DNA of 35,634 nucleotides from Thermoplasmata archaeon (GCA_021161865.1 JAGGZU010000041.1:1-35634); one strand, 5' to 3'. Shown: positions 19,379 to 29,411, numbered from the stretch's first letter. A program made the numbers and translations. The notes: generated by a model from the sequence alone, not told the origin.

Positions 19379-20019
19379 CGGATTAAATCATTTACCGCCT
19401 GGTTGTAGTCTTTGCCTTTGAAGACAAAACTTCCAGCTACGAGAACATCAGCACCTGCTTGTCTTACAACCCTTCCAGTTTCTCTGTTGATGCCGCCATC
19501 AACCTCAATCAAAACATTATACTCATGTTCATCGATCTGCTGTCTCAGCCACTCTATTTTTGGTACAACATCTGGGATGAATTTCTGTCCACTGAATCCT
19601 GGGTTTACAGACATGACGAGAACAAGGTCAACCTCTGAAAGCAGGTTTTTTATTCTCTCTATAGGTGTTGATGGGTTCAGTGAGACACCAACCTTACAAC
19701 CTGTTTTCTTAATTTCTTCGATAACCGTTAGAGGATTTTTGCAGGATTCTATGTGAAATGTTATGCCATCTGCTCCAGCATCAGCAAAGTTTTTTGCATA
19801 TTTAGTGGGGTTTTCTATCATAAGATGGACGTCAAAAAACAGTTCTGTTATTTTCCGTATAGATTTTACAACTGGTGGACCTATGGTGATGTTTGGAACA
19901 AAATGCCCATCCATGACATCTATGTGCAACCATTTTGCTCCTGCTTTTTCTACAGCTTTTATTTCTTCTCCAAGTTTCGAGAAATCCGCGGATAGTATGG
20001 ATGGAGCCACTATAACCAT
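19375..20019 (-). CDS. rpe: Ribulose-phosphate 3-epimerase
   Basis: APSILSADF, HIDVMDGHFVPN, DVHLM, MSVNPGF.GQ, EVDGG. True ATG at 20019; the ORF-track extension to 20298 overlaps tal. Confidence 0.96.
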   Translation of the reverse strand: MVIVAPSILSADFSKLGEEIKAVEKAGAKWLHIDVMDGHFVPNITIGPPVVKSIRKITELFFDVHLMIENPTKYAKNFADAGADGITFHIESCKNPLTVIEEIKKTGCKVGVSLNPSTPIERIKNLLSEVDLVLVMSVNPGFSGQKFIPDVVPKIEWLRQQIDEHEYNVLIEVDGGINRETGRVVRQAGADVLVAGSFVFKGKDYNQAVNDLIR

Positions 20020-20033
20020 TGTGTATTTGAGAT

Positions 20034-20057
20034 AAAACCTGGGTTTATAGAGGTTTT
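20034..20057. promoter_or_regulatory. rpe TATA box flanked by a 7-bp inverted repeat in the divergent rpe/tal spacer
   Basis: AAAACCT(20034-20040)-N10-AGGTTTT(20051-20057); minus-strand TATAAA at 20044-20049, 25-30 nt upstream of the rpe ATG. Confidence 0.45.
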
Positions 20058-20113
20058 GAAATTCCAAAATGCTTATCAACAACCTTTTGTTTTCCACCTT
20101 TTGGGGTTTAGTT

Positions 20114-20758
20114 ATGAAGATATTTGTTGACACAGCAGATCTTGATGAGATAAGGGAGCTTGCATCTTGGGGTGTTATAGATGGTGTTACCACAAACCCT
20201 ACTTTGATTGCAAAAAGCGGTAGGTCGTTTAAGGAGATTGTGGATGAGATTTTCAAGATAGTTGATGGACCGATAAGCCTTGAGGTTGTTGGCACCACAG
20301 CTGAGGAGATGGTTAAGGAGGCAAGGCAGCTTGCAGGGATTCATAGGAACGTTGTTGTGAAGATACCGATGACTGCTGAAGGTCTTAAGGCTGTTAAAAC
20401 ATTGAGTAAGGAAGACGTTAAAACCAATGTCACCCTTGTTTTCTCCGCTAATCAGGCTCTTCTCGCAGCGAAGGCTGGTGCAACCTATGTTAGCCCGTTT
20501 ATCGGCAGATTAGACGATATGGGACATGAGGGGATGCAGATAGTTGAGGAGATTGTTGATATATTTGGGAACTATGGCTTTAAAACCCAGATTATTGTTG
20601 CAAGTATTAGGCATCCTGTTCATGTTGTGCAGGCAGCAAGACTGGGAGCGGATGTAGCGACTATTCCACCCGCTGTAATCAAAAAAATGGTGAAGCACTC
20701 CTTAACTGACGTTGGTATACAACGGTTTCTTGAAGATTGGAAGAAGGTGCCAAAGTAA
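20114..20758 (+). CDS. tal: Transaldolase (short Tal/FSA family)
   Basis: [23 protein letters not shown] (Schiff-base Lys), [17 protein letters not shown]. Confidence 0.93.
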   Translation: MKIFVDTADLDEIRELASWGVIDGVTTNPTLIAKSGRSFKEIVDEIFKIVDGPISLEVVGTTAEEMVKEARQLAGIHRNVVVKIPMTAEGLKAVKTLSKEDVKTNVTLVFSANQALLAAKAGATYVSPFIGRLDDMGHEGMQIVEEIVDIFGNYGFKTQIIVASIRHPVHVVQAARLGADVATIPPAVIKKMVKHSLTDVGIQRFLEDWKKVPK

Positions 20759-20760
20759 GT

Positions 20761-21042
20761 TTATGAGAGTTTTGAAAACTCTTTTTTTCTCTCCTTAACT
20801 GTTTTCCCTGTAGCTTCGTATAGGAAGTCATTCCATTTTTTTATTATAGAGTAATCAGCCTTTGTTGACGATGTTTTTGTTTCTATGAACAACGAGATTC
20901 CCTTCTGTTGAATGAATATTTCACCCAATCCTTCTACATTGAAGCTGAAGCCTTTCTCCAAGTCGCCGTTTACACCAAAATACTTTGACAAAATGCCGTT
21001 TAAATCAGGTTTGTACCCTCTTTTAATCCTGTACTCCCTCAT
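20761..21042 (-). CDS. Conserved archaeal small protein (DUF5611-like)
   Basis: M.EY.IKRG, WNDFL..ATG.T.KER.K; GGAGG RBS. Confidence 0.75.
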   Translation of the reverse strand: MREYRIKRGYKPDLNGILSKYFGVNGDLEKGFSFNVEGLGEIFIQQKGISLFIETKTSSTKADYSIIKKWNDFLYEATGKTVKERKKEFSKLS

Positions 21043-21077
21043 TATATGTTCCTCCTTCAGATACCGATATGGTTTTT

Positions 21078-21722
21078 TTATTTTAATGTTTTAACCCACT
21101 CGTACACGGGTTCCACCAGTTTTTTAATCCTCTCCTTTTCCTTGTTCATCGGTGAAGGCTCCCACTCATCAGCTGGTTCAAAATGCCAGTCTGTTATAGC
21201 ACCTATCCGTTGTTCTTTTGGTTTGAAAACTACCTTCAGAGGCATGTTGAACTCGACGTCCCATGGGTTCACACCATGCAACTCGTTTGCTATCGCTGTT
21301 TTTGAACCCTCTATCACACCGTAAACAAGTATTATCGGCAATCTTTTCAACGACGACCTCCCCGACCATCCTGCCACTGTCCAGGTGTGAACCTTTGCTT
21401 TCTTTGGCATCTCAATCCACTCTGTTCTCTGCAGGTTACAGTCAAGGTTCCAGCAATGTGTCCTCGGTGGAACCCATGTGTCACCGCATTTCGGGCAGCG
21501 GGTTCCCATTATCTTTCCTTCAAGTAATCCTATGAAAAAGGGTGAATTCCATCCATGCCGGATGGTGTAGAGTTGATCATAGTGTAGGAACTGGTTCATC
21601 GTTTTTTTGTCATCAGATATCTCGTAACCGACAAAAACCAGCCCTTTTTCTTTAACATCTAGTGGTCTGAAATCTTTTCTAATGGTGAAGTTTGGTGTTT
21701 CCGCAAACTTTTTCTTAACCAT
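21078..21722 (-). CDS. DUF35 Zn-ribbon/OB-fold acyl-CoA-binding protein
   Basis: F..GL.EGKIMGTRCPKCG...VPPR..C....C, V.TWT, V.F.P; begins 1 nt after the thiolase-like gene's stop. Confidence 0.9.
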   Translation of the reverse strand: MVKKKFAETPNFTIRKDFRPLDVKEKGLVFVGYEISDDKKTMNQFLHYDQLYTIRHGWNSPFFIGLLEGKIMGTRCPKCGDTWVPPRTHCWNLDCNLQRTEWIEMPKKAKVHTWTVAGWSGRSSLKRLPIILVYGVIEGSKTAIANELHGVNPWDVEFNMPLKVVFKPKEQRIGAITDWHFEPADEWEPSPMNKEKERIKKLVEPVYEWVKTLK

Positions 21723-21723
21723 T

Positions 21724-22974
21724 TCAAACCCTCCTCAGTATGAAGTTTGATATGCTTGTCCCTGTTCCAGCATGACTGTTTACTATCCCTGTGTGGGGGT
21801 CTGGAACTTGAGTTTTTGAGCTTAAATGTTTTTTTGGAATTAAACCAGCCAGTTGGTAGTATGCTTCTATGGCACTCATGAGTCCTGTTGCACCAACCGG
21901 ATGCCCATAACCCATTAAACCGCCACCTGGGTTCATGGGTATACTACCTTCGAGATATGTTTCTTTGTCTCTTATGAACTGTGCTATGTTTTCACTGTCC
22001 GCTAAACCAAGGGCTTTGTAGATTTGTGCTTCTGAGGTGGAGAACGCGTCATGTATTTCCCCGAAATCTATCTGCTTTAGCGGGTTATCTATTCCAGCTT
22101 GTTTGTAGGCTACCTCTGCTGATTGTCTGCATGCAGCGAACTCTGTCATCTCTGGGTAACCTGGTCCGTATCTTTCTATCCAACCTGGAAAGTTGAGTCT
22201 ATCCCCTGCTCTTATGGTGCAGCTTGATAATCCCATTCCATCGATGGTTACATAATGATCTGGGTTCACTTTTTTAGCATACTCTTCGGTTGTTACAAGT
22301 AGGAATGCTACTCCTCTTGTCATAAGGCAGCAATCGTATTTTTTGATTGGATAAGATATCAGACGGGAGTTTAGAACATCATCCACGGTTATGTACCTAT
22401 GTTCGTTTCTATACCATTGTGCCTTTGGGTTATCCATGGCGTTGTTCCTGTTTTTCACGGCAATCAACGCCACATCTTCTTCTGTAACCTTGTTTTCTCT
22501 CATCCATTTGTTTGCCATAGCTGCATAGTAGATTGGGTAGATGCCGCCAACCATCAGTTCGTATCTTATGTCTGATGCAAGGGCTATGAACTCGCTGCCC
22601 TGGGATTGTGACACTGAGTCCATGGTTTCCCAGCCGATTACTCCAACAACGTCATGTTGTCCTGATTTAACAGCAAGTGCTGCGGCGTATAATGCAGAGC
22701 CACCAGTGTTTCCACCATTCTCTACCCTATAATGTGGTACACCAACGAGACCAAGGTGGTCATGTATTATCCACTCTGCTGAGAGTTGATGCCCAAAATG
22801 CACTGAGAAATGAGAGTAAATCATCATGTCTATGTCTCTGAGGTTGAAGTCTGGTATGTCACGCATAACCTCACGTACGCATTCCGCTGCGCCCCCTTCT
22901 ATGCTTTCAAAACCGGTTGGACCATAATCAAATGGTGTTGTTGCACCACCTATTATACAAACCTTCCTGGACAT
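21724..22974 (-). CDS. SCP2/Ltp-type thiolase-fold protein lacking catalytic cysteines
   Basis: VKNR.NA..NP.AQ, V..S....P....DCC, EIHDAF, NP.GGL...GHP.GATG; nucleophile loop reads VENGGNTGG instead of VExACxSG. Confidence 0.88.
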   Translation of the reverse strand: MSRKVCIIGGATTPFDYGPTGFESIEGGAAECVREVMRDIPDFNLRDIDMMIYSHFSVHFGHQLSAEWIIHDHLGLVGVPHYRVENGGNTGGSALYAAALAVKSGQHDVVGVIGWETMDSVSQSQGSEFIALASDIRYELMVGGIYPIYYAAMANKWMRENKVTEEDVALIAVKNRNNAMDNPKAQWYRNEHRYITVDDVLNSRLISYPIKKYDCCLMTRGVAFLLVTTEEYAKKVNPDHYVTIDGMGLSSCTIRAGDRLNFPGWIERYGPGYPEMTEFAACRQSAEVAYKQAGIDNPLKQIDFGEIHDAFSTSEAQIYKALGLADSENIAQFIRDKETYLEGSIPMNPGGGLMGYGHPVGATGLMSAIEAYYQLAGLIPKKHLSSKTQVPDPHTGIVNSHAGTGTSISNFILRRV

Positions 22975-23061
22975 GTTTATCTTCCTCTCCCCGAAACCAA
23001 AGAAAACTACTCTTGGCTCCCTTTTTGAGGTAATGCAACATGTGTTAAAATGTTTTTCTTT

Positions 23062-24879
23062 TTATCTTCCAACCACTATACCCGCCGGATCAATTTGTTT
23101 GAGTATACTCAACTCTTTTTTGGTTGGTGGAGTTGTTGTCTGCACATTCTCTGGTATTGTTATGTTGAACCCGCTGTTGTTTTTTATATCCTCAATGGTT
23201 ACACCAGGATGAATCGATAGCAGTGTCATTTGTTTTGTTTTCTCATCAAACCCGTATACTCCAAGTTGGGTTATCACCCTGTAGGGTCCACTCGTAGTGG
23301 GTAAACCATTTTTTTCCCTAGAGTTTTTACCGTTTAGGTAACCTGGTGTGGTTAGGAAATCGATTTTTTTTACAAACCTGTTTTTGTCTTGTCTCATTAT
23401 TATAATGGTTTTGTTGCATAGACTTCCAACGTCGTTTGCACCACCACTCCCAGGGAGTCTCACCTTTGGTTTTTCGTAGTCTCCTATCACGGTCGTGTTT
23501 ATGTTCCCGTACATGTCTATCTGTGCTGCTCCAAGGAAGCCGTAGTCTATGTATCCTGCTTGTGCCATGGACATGGAGTCATGCATGCTTGATGCAGCAA
23601 CAGCCATGTGGAAGGTTCTTGAGTCCCCAACCGATATCGGGAGTACAGGTATTTCTGGTCCGATTCCTCCTGCTTCGAAGAAAAGCAGCAGGTTTGGTGC
23701 ATGTGTTTTTTGTGCGAGCATTGCCGCTATCATTGGTAAACCTGTTCCCACAAACACCGACTTGTTGTCTTCCAGGAGGTGTGATGCGGCGCAGGCAAGC
23801 AGTTCAGTGGATGAGTAGGTTTGTTGTTGGAACTGTTGTTTTTTCTTTTTTATCCAGGGTGCGTTCATGGGTTTTTCAAGTCGTTCAATTTTTTCAAGCT
23901 GTTGAAGCCTTGTTTTTCCACCGATTAATCTTAGATATTCTTCTAAATCTTCGGTTCCATAAACGTATTTTTCCAGGTAACTCTTTACGCCTTCATCTGT
24001 TTTCGAAAGTGTAAGCCATTCCCCAATGTGTTGTTCATCAAAGAAATACTGGTAGGGCATTTGGCAGGGATGGGAACCAAATGCTGCTTCAACAACAGCG
24101 TCAACAAGGTAGAAGGGTATAACGGTTTTCCAAGGCTCTTGCCTTATTTCTTTACTGTCAACGATTTTTTCGGTTGTGATGATAACTCTTCTTGCTGCAC
24201 GAGCAAGCTCAAAGTCTTCAACCATTATACCATCAATCTGAGCGTTCCCATGTTTGTCGCATCTTGGTACATGTATAACCGTTACGTCAGGATAGCACGC
24301 CGGTAGCAAACAAACAGTTTTACCACTAAAAGGGTCTTTTATTGTTTTTGCTGAACTATGTTTGAATGTGTCTGTTCCAAGCATCACCCGTGTTGGTATA
24401 AAAGGTACTCCCATCATTGCTGCTAGGAAACGCCATTGGTAACCGGCGTTACTGATTTCACCAACTACCTTGCATTTTCCTGTTTCAACTGCTCGGCGTG
24501 ATGCTGGTGAGAGTCCTCGAAGCTCATGACCAAAGGCGTAGGCTACCTCGACTTTGTTAACACAACCAGAGGCTACAAGGAGATCAAGGTCATGGACGGC
24601 TGTTTTTCCAGCCATTATTAGGTTTCTTCTAGGTTGCCTTATGATCTCGTAAACAACAGCCATTGAAACCCTCACATGACCGAAGCCACCCATTGCTAAA
24701 AGGTCGCCGTTTTTTATAAAACTGGAGACAGCTTCCTTAGCATTCATTCTTTTGTCAATTAAACCCCTGGGTTTGTTTTTTAGTATCCACCTGCGGTTTT
24801 CATCAGGGTCATACCATCCAATTAGTTTGCCCCTGCCTTCCTCCAGCACCATTTTGTCGTCTGCTTTGCTGTGTCCCAT
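23062..24879 (-). CDS. Family I CoA-transferase, glutaconate CoA-transferase-like alpha and beta subunits fused
   Basis: Alpha: GGF, G.PF.P, IH....D..GNA, FGSHP; beta: VFVGTGLP, FEAG, GFLGAAQID.YGN.N.T, RLPGSGGAND, FV..IDF.T.PG. Confidence 0.88.
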   Translation of the reverse strand: MGHSKADDKMVLEEGRGKLIGWYDPDENRRWILKNKPRGLIDKRMNAKEAVSSFIKNGDLLAMGGFGHVRVSMAVVYEIIRQPRRNLIMAGKTAVHDLDLLVASGCVNKVEVAYAFGHELRGLSPASRRAVETGKCKVVGEISNAGYQWRFLAAMMGVPFIPTRVMLGTDTFKHSSAKTIKDPFSGKTVCLLPACYPDVTVIHVPRCDKHGNAQIDGIMVEDFELARAARRVIITTEKIVDSKEIRQEPWKTVIPFYLVDAVVEAAFGSHPCQMPYQYFFDEQHIGEWLTLSKTDEGVKSYLEKYVYGTEDLEEYLRLIGGKTRLQQLEKIERLEKPMNAPWIKKKKQQFQQQTYSSTELLACAASHLLEDNKSVFVGTGLPMIAAMLAQKTHAPNLLLFFEAGGIGPEIPVLPISVGDSRTFHMAVAASSMHDSMSMAQAGYIDYGFLGAAQIDMYGNINTTVIGDYEKPKVRLPGSGGANDVGSLCNKTIIIMRQDKNRFVKKIDFLTTPGYLNGKNSREKNGLPTTSGPYRVITQLGVYGFDEKTKQMTLLSIHPGVTIEDIKNNSGFNITIPENVQTTTPPTKKELSILKQIDPAGIVVGR

Positions 24880-24985
24880 GGTTTTTTCACATCCCCTTTT
24901 TTATGAAACTTTTTTTTGTACTAAAAAGCTTCGAAGAAGAGGTAACTTTTTACCCTCTTTGTGTATCACGGTATGAGGAGTTACC

Positions 24986-26125
24986 ATGAACTTTGAGTTA
25001 ACACCTGAGCAGAAGGCTATACAAAAAACGGTGCGTGAGTTTTGTGAAAAAGAGATAAAACCCATTGCTGCCAAGATCGATGACGAGGAGGAGTTTCCAT
25101 GGGATCTTTACAAAAAGATGGGTAAACTTGGTCTCATGGGGATGACCGTTCCCAAGGAGTACGGCGGTGCAGGTATCGACCGGTTGAGCTACATGCTCGC
25201 TCTTGAGGAGATCTCCAAAGCATCTGGTTCGGTTGGTATAACGGTTGAGGCACATAACTCACTTGGTATAGGTCACATCTACGAAAAAGGCACGGAGGAG
25301 CAACGTAGGAAGTATTTGCCGAGGCTTACAAGCGGTGAAGCCATCGCTGCGTGGGCGCTCACTGAGCCAAATGCCGGCTCTGATGCCGCTTCGATTCAAA
25401 CAACAGCTGTGCTTGAGGGGGATGAATGGGTTTTGAATGGTACAAAACATTTCATCACAAGCGGTGATATCGCTGAGGTTGTTACGGTTATGGCTAAAAC
25501 TGATAAGGAAAAGGGTGCAAAGGGCATTAGCGCTTTTATTGTTGAGAAGGGGACACCTGGTTTTGAGGTTGGTGTACTTGAGGACAAGCTTGGTTTACGT
25601 GGCAGTAGAACCGCTGAGCTTATCTTAGAGGACTGTAGGGTTCCTAAGGAGAATCTTCTTGGTGAAAAAAACATGGGTTTCATTGGTGCAATGAACATTC
25701 TTGACCGTGGTAGAACAGCGATTGGTGCTATGGCTGTCGGTATAGCTCAGGCTGCTCTTGAGGAAAGTATAGAGTATTCTAAACAACGGCAGCAGTTTGG
25801 TAGACCAATCTCTAAGTTTCAAGCAGTTCAGTGGATGATTGTTGACATGGCCACTGAGATTGAAGCTGCTCGTTTACTGGTTCACCGTGCTGCATTCCTT
25901 GAGGATCATGATATACCGTTTACTAAAGAGGCTGCTATGGCTAAACTTTTTGCCTCTGAGATGGCGATGCGAGCCACCAGGAAAGCTATTCAGGTTCATG
26001 GTGGCTATGGTTACACAAAGGAGTATCCTCTCGAAAGGTTTTTCAGGGATGTAAAGCTCTGTGAGATTGGTGAAGGCACTTCTGAGGTTCAGAGATTGGT
26101 TATTGCAAGGAGACTTGGTTTATAA
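24986..26125 (+). CDS. Short/branched-chain acyl-CoA dehydrogenase (likely isovaleryl-CoA dehydrogenase role)
   Basis: ALTEP.AGSDA, LNG.K.FIT, KLG.R.S, R.QFG.PI..FQ, Q.HGGYGY, EIGEGTSE; GAGGAG RBS. Confidence 0.9.
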   Translation: MNFELTPEQKAIQKTVREFCEKEIKPIAAKIDDEEEFPWDLYKKMGKLGLMGMTVPKEYGGAGIDRLSYMLALEEISKASGSVGITVEAHNSLGIGHIYEKGTEEQRRKYLPRLTSGEAIAAWALTEPNAGSDAASIQTTAVLEGDEWVLNGTKHFITSGDIAEVVTVMAKTDKEKGAKGISAFIVEKGTPGFEVGVLEDKLGLRGSRTAELILEDCRVPKENLLGEKNMGFIGAMNILDRGRTAIGAMAVGIAQAALEESIEYSKQRQQFGRPISKFQAVQWMIVDMATEIEAARLLVHRAAFLEDHDIPFTKEAAMAKLFASEMAMRATRKAIQVHGGYGYTKEYPLERFFRDVKLCEIGEGTSEVQRLVIARRLGL

Positions 26126-26138
26126 TAAATAGAAAAAG

Positions 26139-27794
26139 GTGGTTGGTATGAAGAACATGTTGAGTGGTGCTTCTAAAAAGGAGGACAGGTATGAGGAGAT
26201 GTACAGGAACTTTAAATGGAATGTTCCAGAGTACTACAATTTTGGTTTTGATGTTGTTGACAGGTGGGCTGAGGACAGGACTAAACTAGCTTTGATTTCC
26301 ATTGATAGAACAGGGAAACATGATAGGTATCACACATTTTATGACCTCAGTGTTGCGTCGAACAGGTTTGCTAACGTGCTTAGAAATATTGGTGTGAAAA
26401 AAGGAGATCGTGTGCTTGTTATCCTTCAGAGCATACCTGAGTGGTATATTGCGTTGATTGGCATGTTTAAACTTGGTGTTGTACCTATGCCTGGAACCGT
26501 GTTGCTTACAGCAAAGGACATTGAGTACCGTATCAACCGTGCAGAGGCTTGTATGGTGCTCACAGACCTTGATCATGCGGATAGTGTGGAGGCGGTGAAG
26601 GCTAACTGCCCAACGTTGAAACATATGATGCTTGTTGACGGTAAAAGAGCTGGTTGGTACAACTTTTATGAGGAGATGAGCGAGGCTTCACCAGAGCTTT
26701 CCCAAGAGGGGGTTGGTAAAACTAGGTCTACGGATCCAATGCTTATCTATTTCACCTCCGGTACCACCGGTCACCCTAAAATGGTTCTTCACACTCATAG
26801 TTATCCTCTTGGTCATGAGGTGACCGCTAAGTTCGCGCAGGCTTTGACTGATAAGGATTTGCATTGGACTGTTTCTGAAACCGGTTGGGCGAAGGCTGCC
26901 TGGGGTAAGCTTTTTGGTCAGATGATTGTTGGAGCCGCTATTATTCAGTGGGAGACACCTGGTAGGTTTGACCCTGATGGTTTACTGAGGGCTATGGAGA
27001 AGTATGGTGTAACAACCTTTTGCGCTCCACCAACGGTTTACCGGATGCTTATCCAGCTTGATCTCTCCAAGTATAATCTTAAGCTTCGTCATTGTATGAG
27101 CGCTGGTGAGCCACTCAACCCGGAGGTTATAAGGGTTTGGAAGAAAGCCTTTGGTTTAGACATCTATGATTTTTATGGTCAAACCGAGACCGTTTGTGTA
27201 CTGTCCAACTACCCTTTTATGCCCATCAAGTATGGTTCAGTGGGGAAACCAACACCTGGTCATGATGTGAGGATAGTGGACGACGATGGAAACGAGTTGA
27301 AGCCAGGTGAAGTTGGCAACATAGCCCTCTATATTGGTAAGGAGCGTCCACCAGGTTTGTTCAAGGAGTATTGGAAGGATGAGGAGGCGATGAAGGAAGC
27401 ATTCAGAGGGGACTATTATTTCACAGGTGATCTTGGTTACAAGGATGAGGATGGTTATTTCTGGTTTGTTGGTCGTAGAGATGATGTGATAAAATCTTCT
27501 GGTTATCGTATAGGCCCTTTTGAGGTGGAGTCTGCTTTGATGGAGCATCCAGCTGTTGCTGAGTGTGCTGTCGTTGGCGTACCTGACCCACAGGGAATAA
27601 GGGGGACTGTAGTCAAGGCCTTCGTCGTTCTTGCAAAGGGTTTTAAACCATCTGAGACGCTTACAAAGGGGCTTCAGGATCATGTGAAGAAAACCACTGC
27701 ACCGTACAAGTACCCACGTATAGTGGAGTACGTTGATGAGTTACCGAAGACTATTTCAGGTAAGATACTTAGACGTGAACTTAGGAAAAAATGA
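26139..27794 (+). CDS. AMP-forming medium/branched-chain acyl-CoA synthetase (ACSM-like)
   Basis: YNFGFDVVD, YFTSGTTGHPK, GWAK..WG, SAGEPLN, YGQTE, TGD, GR.DD, PKT.SGK. Start 26139 or 26148. Confidence 0.92.
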   Translation: MVGMKNMLSGASKKEDRYEEMYRNFKWNVPEYYNFGFDVVDRWAEDRTKLALISIDRTGKHDRYHTFYDLSVASNRFANVLRNIGVKKGDRVLVILQSIPEWYIALIGMFKLGVVPMPGTVLLTAKDIEYRINRAEACMVLTDLDHADSVEAVKANCPTLKHMMLVDGKRAGWYNFYEEMSEASPELSQEGVGKTRSTDPMLIYFTSGTTGHPKMVLHTHSYPLGHEVTAKFAQALTDKDLHWTVSETGWAKAAWGKLFGQMIVGAAIIQWETPGRFDPDGLLRAMEKYGVTTFCAPPTVYRMLIQLDLSKYNLKLRHCMSAGEPLNPEVIRVWKKAFGLDIYDFYGQTETVCVLSNYPFMPIKYGSVGKPTPGHDVRIVDDDGNELKPGEVGNIALYIGKERPPGLFKEYWKDEEAMKEAFRGDYYFTGDLGYKDEDGYFWFVGRRDDVIKSSGYRIGPFEVESALMEHPAVAECAVVGVPDPQGIRGTVVKAFVVLAKGFKPSETLTKGLQDHVKKTTAPYKYPRIVEYVDELPKTISGKILRRELRKK

Positions 27795-27802
27795 AAAAGG
27801 TT

Positions 27803-29407
27803 TTACATTCTGTACATTGTTGGTTTCCACTTTGGTATTGGTGCGTTGAGTGCAGCTGATATACCTAAACCCAGTACCATTCTTGTGTCAGCTGGGTCGA
27901 TAACACCATCATCCCATATCCTCGCTGTGCTGTAGTATGGGCTTCCCTCTCTCTCATATTTTTTGAGTATAGGTTCTATGATGGCTTTTTCCTCCTCCTT
28001 TGTCAAGGTTTTTCCTTTACGCCAAAGCTGGTCTTTTTTTACGGTTAAAAGCACGTTCGCTGCCTGTTCGCCACCCATAACTGAGATTCTAGCGTTTGGC
28101 CACATCCAAAGCTGCCTTGGCTGGTAGGCTCTACCACACATCCCATAGTTTCCTGCACCGAAGGAACCGCCTATTATAACAGTGAACTTTGGAACGTTTG
28201 CTGTGGTTACTGCACTAACCATTTTCGCTCCATCCTTTGCTATACCGCCTGCCTCGTATTTTTTTCCAACCATGAAACCTGTTATGTTCTGTAGAAACAC
28301 TAATGGTATTTTTCGTTGACAGCATATCTCTATGAAATGTGTTCCTTTGAGTGCAGATTCAGAGAACAGTACACCATTGTTTGCGAGTATACCAACAGGA
28401 TAACCCATGATTCTTGCAAAACCACACACAAGTGTAGTACCATAGAGTGCTTTGAATTCATGGAATTTTGACCCATCCACCAGTCTAGCTATGATTTCTC
28501 TGACCTCGAAGGGTTTCCTGGGATCCTTTGATATTACCCCATAGATTTCTTTTATATCATACAGTGGTTCCTCAGGTTTTTTGACATCAAGCTGTGTTTT
28601 CTCAGGTCTATTGAGGTTTTCAACAATGTTTCTCGCTATCTGTATAGCCTCCATGTCGTTGTGCGCGTAATGGTCTGCAACCCCACTTTCCCTGCAGTGT
28701 ACGTCTGCTCCACCAAGCTCCTCAGCTGTGACTTCTTCACCAGTTGCTGCTTTAACAAGAGGTGGACCGCCGAGGAAGATTGTACCAGTGCCTTTGACGA
28801 TTATTGTTTCATCGGACATAGCAGGTACGTATGCTCCTCCGGCGGTGCAGGAGCCCATGACAACAGCTATTTGAGGTATACCCATTGATGACATCTTGGC
28901 TTGGTTGTAGAATATTCTACCAAAATGTTCTCTGTCAGGGAAAACCTCATCCTGCATTGGTAGGAATGCTCCACCAGAATCAACAAGGTATATGCACGGT
29001 AGGTTGTTTTCCATTGCTATCTCTTGAGCGCGGAGATGTTTTTTTACAGTCATCGGGTAGTAGGTTCCACCTGTTACTGTGGCATCGTTTGCTATAACAA
29101 CAACCTCTCGTCCATGGATGATTCCTATCCCTGTTATAATGCCTGCAGCGGGAGCCTTGTTGTCGTACATGTCGTAGGCAGCAAGAGGGTTGAACTCCAT
29201 GAAGGGTGTGTCTGGGTCAAGGAGCGCTTCTATTCTTTCCCTGGCAAGCATTTTGCCACGTGATTTATGAAGTTTTATTCTCTCCTCTCCTCCTTTAGAT
29301 GCTTCAGCGATTTTGGCTTTTAAATCTTTGACAAGTTTCTCATAGTGGGCATAGTTTTCTTTAAACTCTTTGCTTGATGTGTCAATGTGACTCTCAATCA
29401 CATCCAT
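27803..29407 (-). CDS. mccB: 3-methylcrotonyl-CoA carboxylase carboxyltransferase (beta) subunit
   Basis: [72 protein letters not shown]. True ATG 29407. Confidence 0.92.
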   Translation of the reverse strand: MDVIESHIDTSSKEFKENYAHYEKLVKDLKAKIAEASKGGEERIKLHKSRGKMLARERIEALLDPDTPFMEFNPLAAYDMYDNKAPAAGIITGIGIIHGREVVVIANDATVTGGTYYPMTVKKHLRAQEIAMENNLPCIYLVDSGGAFLPMQDEVFPDREHFGRIFYNQAKMSSMGIPQIAVVMGSCTAGGAYVPAMSDETIIVKGTGTIFLGGPPLVKAATGEEVTAEELGGADVHCRESGVADHYAHNDMEAIQIARNIVENLNRPEKTQLDVKKPEEPLYDIKEIYGVISKDPRKPFEVREIIARLVDGSKFHEFKALYGTTLVCGFARIMGYPVGILANNGVLFSESALKGTHFIEICCQRKIPLVFLQNITGFMVGKKYEAGGIAKDGAKMVSAVTTANVPKFTVIIGGSFGAGNYGMCGRAYQPRQLWMWPNARISVMGGEQAANVLLTVKKDQLWRKGKTLTKEEEKAIIEPILKKYEREGSPYYSTARIWDDGVIDPADTRMVLGLGISAALNAPIPKWKPTMYRM

Positions 29408-29411
29408 TTTT

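Noticed and set aside
20020-20298. 93-aa N-terminal extension of Rpe in the ORF track
   Set aside because: Antisense to tal; the conserved Rpe start and a TATA box fit ATG 20019.
21078-22974. Standard mevalonate thiolase/DUF35/HMG-CoA synthase complex
   Set aside because: No adjacent HMG-CoA synthase and the nucleophilic Cys is absent.
23436-24014. 192-aa plus-strand ORF and the many other 60-150 aa shadow ORFs
   Set aside because: Antisense or off-frame within well-supported genes, with no recognisable motifs.
23062-24879. AibA/AibB-type methylglutaconyl-CoA decarboxylase
   Set aside because: The CoA-transferase Glu (FEAG) appears retained and a biotin-dependent MCC is already present.
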